A stretch of 60,673 nucleotides of DNA, filler included, from Sphacelaria rigidula (taxonomy: Eukaryota): assembly GCA_964200075.2 (NCBI GenBank). It is 9 parts of 9 records of this genome, joined end to end, with 100 filler letters (N's around TTAATTAATTAA, not from the genome) between each part and the next. Parts side by side here need not be neighbours in the genome. Positions count along the whole stretch, not along the records: positions 47,270 to 53,921 come from CAXNAA020018820.1; positions 54,022 to 60,673 come from CAXNAA020018821.1; 7 more parts are not named here. One strand, written 5' to 3'. Both the position numbers and the translations under genes were made by a program. Within the stretch, counting starts at the first letter, position 1. Every line of letters starts with the position of its first letter. Positions 52,992 through 60,673 of the stretch are shown here, piece by piece. Below the pieces are notes generated by a model, which saw only the letters and a program-made list of their open reading frames with translations, did no database searches and was not told the origin of the DNA.

Positions 52992-53197
52992 CTCAACATG
53001 AAGGCCGCAAGAATGTCGGGAGGCACGGCAGCTTCTGGCACTGCCCGAATCAGCGCGAGTCGTAGTCCGACCGTAGCAGAGGTCACTCTCGGCACCATCA
53101 CCCCCGGGGTGTCTACCAGATACAATGGCGGAGTAGTAGCAATGCAGACTGCAGACACTTGGCGTGTTACACCTGGTGTAGCGCCGACGCGTGCCAC
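52992..53197 (-). CDS. Internal exon of RbgA/YlqF/MTG1-family circularly permuted GTPase
   Basis: gcag|VARVGATPGVTRQV..LYLVDTPGVMVPRV..VGLRLALI..AAFML|gtaagc; G2 (PGVT) and G3 (DTPG) motifs. Confidence 0.93.
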
Positions 53198-53921
53198 CTG
53201 CGGTTTTGGTCATGTCGAAGAACATTGTACGCACAGTATATACCCGTCAGTATTGATATACGCAAATATTCAATGAATCGTGGATGATGACAAAGGGGGA
53301 GATGGAAGAACAAAATTGGGAACACAAAATTTGGAACACGAGCTGGGCCGGCCGTAAAACAGAGAGCCCGTGGGCACACCGCAACTTCTTCAGTTTCCCG
53401 AATCAGCCTGAAACTTCTTCAGTATATCGCAGTGAACTGCAGACCTACCTGTTAACATACGGTTCCGCCGCTCCTCGGTTGGCGCAGTTTTGAAGATGAC
53501 GTTATTACACTTTGAGTACCGGGTGCGTCTCATATCGTGTCATGATAGCGTGTTCTGAGTTTTTCATATAAAACACGGCGGAAGGACGTATGACAACTTT
53601 GACACGCACAGTCAAGAGTGCACTGGGAATGCTTCGAGATGGCATCAATCTCGCCAGCAGCTCCATCATTGTAAAGGACCTCTGAGCAGACTACCACATT
53701 TAACGAGCACAGGCACGAGTACCCAACTCGGACTTAGGTGCAACACTTCTCCCTCCTTCATTCCTTCATTCATTCCTTCCTTCCCTCCCAACACGTAAAC
53801 CAACTCCAATCTAAGAGGTCTAACCAGGTCTGGCAGCCTATGTACAATCACGAGATTACCCCCCTCTCCCCCCCCATTTTAGCCTGGTCCGGCGAGAACC
53901 CGGCGTACTCCGTCCCGGCTT

Positions 53922-54021
53922 NNNNNNNNNNNNNNNNNNNNNNNNNNNNNNNNNNNNNNNNNNNNTTAATTAATTAANNNNNNNNNNNNNNNNNNNNNNN
54001 NNNNNNNNNNNNNNNNNNNNN
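53922..54021. other. Artificial contig spacer
   Basis: 44 N + TTAATTAATTAA + 44 N. Confidence 0.99.
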
Positions 54022-54148
54022 AAAAATCAATGGGCGCGCAAAATCAACAGGCGCCGAAATTTCAGAAAGTGAAGCCCAACCCCCCTACTCAACCATCAAA
54101 AGGTTACTAGGTTTACCAACTGAGCCACCGGGGCGATCCTACCTGACG

Positions 54149-54545
54149 GCGCTTTTTTCGTCGGCCTTTCTGTGTTCATTAGATTCGATTTTCCCGGGGT
54201 TCGGGGTTCGGTGAAATTAACCGCCGATTTCCCGCGGTTCGGTGAATTTTGGAGCCAAATTTGATTGTCTCTGTCCTGGCCGTCTCTTTGTTGTTGGTAA
54301 ATTGGACTGGTGTGTCCTGACGTTTTGATTCTGCAAAATGGAAACTTTAATCCTATATGCATACATGCACGGCCAAAACGCAAGAAAAGCGTCGATGTTT
54401 TTTTCAGGCTGGAGTTTTCTTTGGACAATACATGGCTGTACATGTGCAACACACTCACGTTGAAGCGATAACGCGATCAGTTCTTCTTCTACAGCGTAGT
54501 GAGCGTCCAGTCACTCAGTAAGAGCGTAAGCAACAACAAAAACAA

Positions 54546-54595
<50 letters not shown>

Positions 54596-55278
54596 CGACA
54601 AATGCTTCGATTTCTCGGAGTTCGGTGAATCTTTTGACTTGCAATTTTTTTTGTTTGTTCTGTCTCTTTCTGGGTTGTTTATTTTGGCGATCGCAGCCTT
54701 TTTTGCATGTGCAACAAATGACGTTCAAACGGTAACAGGATTATATTTCGTGACACCATAGGCGTCTGACTCGTGTAAGCGCGACATATACGTGTGTAAT
54801 GTAAATGTGATTCCAATCAACAACGATCGTAGACGCTGTGGTTGTTGTTGCCAGTTTGCAGCCTTCCGCAGGGCGCTTTTTTCGTCGGCCTTTCTGTGTT
54901 CCTTACATTCGATTTCCCAGGGTTTCGGGTTCGGTGAATTCAACAGCAGATTTCCCGCGGTTCGGTTAATTTCGGAGCCGAATTTTTTTGTCTCTACCCT
55001 GGCCGTTATTTTCTGGTAAATTGCAGTACATGCTTGGGTTATTTGAACAACGCTCGGTGAATTTCGGAACGGCAAATTATTTTCTGTCTCTTTCCGCCAG
55101 GCTGTCTCTGGCTTGGATAATTGTAGAACACATGCATATATTTCGTTGCTTTTTTCGTCGGCCTTTCTGTGTTCCTTAGATTCAATTTCCCGGGATTCGG
55201 GGTTCGGTAAATTAAACAGCCGATTTGCCGCGGTTCGGTGAATTTTGGAGCCGGTTTTTATTGTCTGTGTCCTGGCCG
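54149..55278 (+). repeat. Three direct copies of about 135 bp (54149, 54872, 55148), with (AAC)n at 54531-54594
   Basis: gcttttttcgtcggcctttctgtgttc...cgcggttcgg is repeated. Confidence 0.88.
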
Positions 55279-55796
55279 ATCAGCGCTCGACGGCGTGGGC
55301 CACGAATAAAACTTTACCACGTTGTTCGTGGTGTCCAAAATTGTGCACGTTCATCCTCAAGCCCACAGCTACTGTTCCTGAAATTAACCAAAAATGCATC
55401 ATTTCGGTATGCTTGGACCTAACTTGTGCGGACGCCCTCCACACGACTTGACCATACTTTCGGTAAAGGAGCACTCTGACACATTCGGGTCTTCCGCGTT
55501 CTTTACACTTGTAAAACGTGGGACAAAAATCAGTGTGTTTCATCCACCATTACGCGTCCTCAACGTTCGCGTTCCTTAATACCTAATCATGCAACACTCA
55601 TCACATATAACACAGTTTCATAACCGACACACGCATCAAATCTCTGGCTCAACCTCTCGGTGGGAGTCATTACCTTTACCATCTCCCAAATCAATTTCAT
55701 TCCTTTCCATGTCTATCGTGGAGGACGGGGCCGCCAAGAAAAAAAAAACACATACTGGTACACGTAGAGATAGACTGACTTCCGGGCGACACTCAC

Positions 55797-56057
55797 CGCT
55801 GACGTCGGCGCGAACTGCAGAATCGAAATGTAAAAACCCCTATAGAAACCCAATATTCCGCTCTCTCCGTAAACCTGCCGCGCCACTTGAAACATCGACA
55901 AGCTGTTTTTTTTTGCCGAAGTTTCCATTCCCCTCGCCCCAGCCCCGCCATTCTGCACCACCGCCGCCGTCGCGGCCGCCGCTGCGCCAGCCCCACCCCC
56001 AGCTTCCGCTGCCGCTACCGGAACTGCCCCTTCCGCAGCGACACCCACCATCATTCG
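55797..56057 (-). CDS. SLC25A44: Mitochondrial carrier exon (SLC25A44-like), phase 0-0
   Basis: acag|RMMVG..(Ala/Gly-rich)..MFQVARQVYGESGILGFYRGFYISILQFAPTSA|gtgagt; 87 codons; EGxxGFYRG-type motif. Confidence 0.85.
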
Positions 56058-58146
56058 CTGTTCACACCAACAAAGAGATTTTGAATCGGGGGTAGTCACG
56101 AGCGCCGAGGGGAAGGGAAGAAGGGGAGAAGGGGAGAAGGGGGGCTGTTTCATTATATGTCGCAATCGTGCTGAAGCGCGGGATAAGACATCATAATCGG
56201 ATGCCGCGTATATATATATTCCCAACGGCATCGTTTAGGTACAACGGTCGATCAAGGATGATGACATTCCAGGCAGTTCGCATTCCGGTCATAACCACCA
56301 CAACAAAGAACTGAACATGCGATTGTACCCGAAAAAAAATGAAGCCGGTCATGACGGGGAGGGGCGGGGGCGGGGGCGGGGGCGGAAACCTCGACTATTT
56401 GACCGCCAGGGTGGGTCATCCGTTAAATCGGCGATTTTATATTTCGAAAAATGAACGAAAGACTCCGATGACCGACCCTGGCGGCCAAAGGGTCTGCAGG
56501 ACCGTCCGAACGCTACTGAAGTTAGTGTTGCTGATTGATGATCTGATCTGATTTGATTTGATTGTGGCACTTTAAATGGGTCTGGCCGTGGTCGCATGAT
56601 AGACGTAACCAAGAAAAGCAAAACTGCAAGACTCGTCCAATAAAACGAAGGAGCACAAGAAAGTGTTACTATTTAGTAATACAGAACGAAAAACTTCCTG
56701 AGAAGTAGCGATGCAGTATGCGGTAGCCCAAGCGCAGGAAAACGAAACACACATTCTGACATGAAGAACAAAGAAACAGAGTTGTAAGCCCTCACTGCCC
56801 TGCAGCCGGCAAAAAAAAAAAACGGCCACACTTTTCAAAACTCTCCTCCGCTAGAGCTAGCTCCCAAGAGCCAGAGACAAAACCCCCGGGGGGGGAAGAT
56901 GTAAAGGGCGTCCTGCATGTACAAAGAGGACACGCCGGCTACGAGAGGTTTACCTTACCTCGAGGTGCGCTTTGCAACGTTCCATGCCTCGGCGGGATTG
57001 TAAACAAACAAACAAAAAACTTACCAGGACGTTGTCGTGAGGGTGTCCAATGTATTCACAACATTTCGATACCTTGTACAGTATAACCTCTGTGAAACCC
57101 CACCGACGCGTGGAGCGTTGCAGTATACGACTCAAGGCGTAACACCTCTGGCCACCAGTGAAGCTCTCACACGCGTTACTGTAAGGCAGGCACGTCGATT
57201 TTCCCACACCCGGCGAAACATTAACAGCATGAAAAAAAGGGTACACGTTTATCTACTCACTGTGTCAAGCTGTGGTGACCAACAAAAACACCGACGCCAC
57301 GTTAGCCTCCAATCCCGATCGTAAAAACGTACTCTTGTTGCCAGAGGCTGTTTCGATAAACTTGCGTACAGTGCATGCGATAAGAAAAAAAAAGATGAAC
57401 CTTAAGATGATAAGCCTTTTCACCCTTTTTTTTTTTCATCTCCGAGTCCCACATCTCGGGGGGACAAACCGTAAATCGAAACTGACAAAAATAATTACTG
57501 AATTGATAGTAACATGAAAGATATAAACAGAAATGTGAAATGAGAAAAACTGAACAAAAAATGGATAAAAAATGGATAAAAAATGAAAAAGTAAAGAGTT
57601 GAAAAAAAATGCAATTCATTGTTGGGTGTGTATATACATCGTACATATACTCCTTGCACGTAATAATTTTCCGGGACTCTTATGCCATCTGCTATTGAAT
57701 TCATCACTTTTCCCCCCTTTTCCCTTGTCTCTACATGCTGTGGCTATCGGTGCGTGGGATCTACAACATATATATCTTTGAAGAAAAGTACAGTACGGTG
57801 TCGTGTGAATCTTGAACGGTAATTTTATCGCCAACAAGCACTTTCTTCAAACCTTCTCTTGTACTTTGAATTTGAACCCTTCCACCCACTGCTCGACCCC
57901 CTCCCCTTCCTCGTGACGACTCTGTAGTCTCAAGATACCAACTCATTCCTTTCCCGGTACACCTGCCTTGCACTTCCATCGTCACTATCAACCCTTGGAG
58001 ATTGGTCTAGAAACCCCGAAGGTGGTTACTTTTCGACTCTTTTGTTTTTTCCGTCAAGTGTTGTGTTCTCGTCCTGCATGCAGCCAGCCTACCGGCGGTC
58101 ATTCTTCACACGCATGTCAGTACACATCAACACAAACTGAACACAC

Positions 58147-58353
58147 CTGCGATATGATGTCGATTGGCACGGTGAAGACCTGAAACACGACAGAACTACC
58201 CGCACCGGCGGACAAATTCCTCACCACCTCTCCCGCGTCCGGCCCTAATCGCTGGTAAACTTTGCTCCCCGGACCAAGTCGATGTCGAATAATCTCGTAG
58301 GTGGTGAAGTAAAATTGTCGAAATATCAAACTAGACGAGCTCACCCAGAACCC
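58147..58353 (-). CDS. SLC25A44: Mitochondrial carrier exon (SLC25A44-like), phase 0-0
   Basis: gcag|GFWVSSSSLIFRQFYFTTYE..RNLSAGAGSSVVFQVFTVPIDIISQ|gtgtgt; 69 codons; splicing yields PIDIISQRMMV. Confidence 0.88.
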
Positions 58354-58476
58354 CTGCGTCCAAAAATGAAAGTACACGTGAGTGTATGTTGTTGTTGTTG
58401 TTCACACTAGCCCTTTGCCAGACATTTAGCACCCGCGGTCACACAGCCGTGGCACAAAAGTACAGAATACGAGGGG

Positions 58477-58543
58477 GGGCGTACTCATTTGTTGCTTGCC
58501 TTAGTCATTTGACCATTGACCACGCATCCCTTTCGAGACGGAG
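58477..58543 (-). mobile_element. Extremely 5'-truncated poly(C)-tailed LINE insertion with 14-bp TSD
   Basis: cagaatacgagggg at 58463-58476 and 58544-58557; encodes PSRKGCVVNGQMTKASNK* then gtacgccc. Confidence 0.85.
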
Positions 58544-58604
58544 CAGAATACGAGGGGAAGAAAGAAATATGCCTATGAACATGAAAACACGGCGCTACGT
58601 AAGA

Positions 58605-58878
58605 GACACTTTCTACGATAGCCCCCCCCCGCAAAAAAAAAGAAAAGTGCCTGGCTTGGGGAGGCAAAATGTTCACGTAAATCGGAATGAAAAAAGCCGA
58701 GCACAACGAGAAGCTACGAATTCCCATGCTAGGGGTTCGTTCTCGCCAATGTCGTTCATATGAGGCGCTTCATGCAGCCTGAACCCAAACATCAGGCGCT
58801 GTATGTCCAATTTTTTCGTGACACTTTTGGGCTGTTTTTTTTTGGGGGGGGGGGAGGGAGGCTGTCGTAGAAAGTGTC
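58605..58878. mobile_element. MITE with TIR GACACTTTCTACGA(T/C)AGCC; another end at 33550
   Basis: Inverted termini followed by C/G runs. Confidence 0.78.
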
Positions 58879-59754
58879 AGGTCGGGGTTCTACAGATACG
58901 TCAGCGAAAAGGATGCGTTGAATGCGCAAAAATGTACGTACGACTCGAAAGAACAAGAGGAAAAAATAAAAAAAGAGACAAAATCGTCGTTACATAGTAC
59001 GCGAGCCAGGAGAGGCGAAAAAGGGCCGAAGAGGGGAACAACTGCACAGCAAGGTAAAGCAAAGCAAGGCATGCATATATGCGTATATACGTGGGAAAAA
59101 ATACACGTTTCCACGCTTGACTTGTGCAGAATGACCAATCATATATGTACATGCAGCAACGACAGATACACGAGACGGGTAATCGGACGAAAACTCTGTT
59201 TTCACCATCGTAGCCATGGGCAGAAAGAAGAGGGGGAAAGTTGAGCAGTTCTTGTGCAAGTATATCGCAGGGGGGACAGCAATGACACAGTAGCGCCTTC
59301 CATGATGTGTTTCTGATGATACTATACTGCAAATCTATGTGTGTCTCTCCCTGCTTCGTTGGTCTATTTGATCATCGGTCTATTGGAAATTCATCTCCAA
59401 TTACATGCCGTGATTGCAGCAGCTACTAGTTGAACCTGTGACCGTGACCATCTCCCAAGATCGTTTGAGGTCAAGTTGATTTGCAATCATCATTGCTTTC
59501 CCGGTGGCACAACGCGCCTACTTACATGACAGGTGGATGTTGAGCACTTCCATATAAACCAGTGCTCAAAAAAACCTCGTCCGGTTTCGAGGCACAAGTC
59601 AAAGGCATGCGTGTGTGTCTTTTCGGAGCTCTTTTCATGGGGATATACGCTTTCACCCTTCGCAAGTGGTGCACGCTGGCATCAGCCACTGCTGCGATAC
59701 AGGTGAATAACGTGCTCTCTCGCTACACTACAGCCCTCTTTTGCAGTTCAGGTA

Positions 59755-59973
59755 CCGTAACTGTGCGAGTCATCGCACACCCCCTGGACCGAATTCCAAA
59801 GCTCGATTACTCCACAACAACAAGAGCACCAGTACTGAAAAGGGTGACGCTGGAAAGATTTCGTCGATAGCTGTCCGAAAATGAGTCGTTTGGTATTGGC
59901 ACCCTCTTCGTCATGGAGTGATCGAGCTTTGAAATTCGGTCCAGGGGGTGTGCGATGACTCGCACAATTACGG
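59755..59973. mobile_element. Tc1/mariner(pogo)-type MITE, TIRs about 70 bp
   Basis: TA|CCGTAACTGTGCGAGTCATCGCACACCCCCTGGACCGAATT...AATTCGGTCCAGGGGGTGTGCGATGACTCGCACAATTACGG|TA. Confidence 0.9.
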
Positions 59974-60673
59974 TACTTCCGGGGTAGTGTTGGCGCACCT
60001 CGAGTATGTATTGACCTTGCACTGTATGCAGCATCACATCATGTCAGCTGCTCTCCACTGTACTCTCCTGCTGTGTAGTACGTGCAAACGGTACCGTGTG
60101 TAGCTGTTATGCCGGCACAAGAGAGGGCAGGTAGGAATCAGAGACTACGCAAACAAATAGCAACAATCACCTCCTTATTTTGTATGCTTCCGTGCTTGAG
60201 TGGTCCCTGCAGACATGGTCAGGTAAGGAACACGGGGGGTCATTTGGCCAATTAGAACTACCGAAGAGATGACTTGTAGGCTTGGCTTGTTTCCCGATCT
60301 AATATTTACCCGGAAACACGCATGGTTAACTTGGGGAGCTTTCTCGGACGACGTGGGGACCTGCATCCCCCCTTCCCTCCTTTGAGAATAACCCCATCGC
60401 AATCGAAACTCTGGGATCGTCAGCGGGCGATAGTGTTCCTAGATGAAGCTGGCGGTCAAAGGTTTCAGAGCTCGCATCTATACGGATGTCCGCAGCCTTG
60501 GTCACCCGAACAAGGTCAAAGAGCAGGCTAAACCTCGTGGCGCCCGCAGAAATCAAAGACCCACTCCGAACACGTAAAATAATGATCCAACCATGTCGCA
60601 GGTGCTTTCACGTGTGTGTGTGTGTGTGTTGTCGTCCCATTTATTCTGGACGCCAGTCTACCCTTTTCGGGAT

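Noticed and set aside
56959..56987. Extra mini-exon of the carrier (ag|gcatgg...ctcgag|gtaagg, minus strand)
   Set aside because: 29 bp would shift the frame and split the PIDIISQ-RMMV signature.
60270..60556. 76-aa ORF MISAGATRFSLLFDLVRV...
   Set aside because: It looks like an interspersed repeat I recall from brown algae, but it is single-copy here and has no diagnostic motif.

Overview
Eukaryotic, repeat-dense nuclear DNA. It is most likely a brown alga (kelp-like); this is inferred from short GT-AG exons in long TE-filled introns and from repeat families I recognise, and is not proven. The window is not one locus. It is nine unrelated contigs sorted by size (5 x 6653 bp, then 4 x 6652 bp), joined by an artificial 100-bp spacer (44 N + TTAATTAATTAA + 44 N). 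Most listed ORFs are spurious. Credible host exons: an ABC1/UbiB atypical kinase, an RbgA/YlqF/MTG1-type GTPase (2 exons), an SLC25A44-like mitochondrial carrier (2 exons), a probable CDC73/parafibromin exon, a possible protein-kinase G-loop exon and one unknown exon. The rest is decayed Copia and LINE sequence, two tRNA-derived SINE families, Mutator, Tc1/mariner-, piggyBac- and hAT-like non-autonomous elements, fold-backs and microsatellites. I see no intact novel multi-gene system. The best leads are a poly(C)-tailed non-LTR retroelement family that appears to insert at C-runs, a 3.2-kb TIR element in (TA)n with subterminal hairpins, one MITE family found twice inside the same SINE family, and a possible CxC6/KDZ transposase relic.
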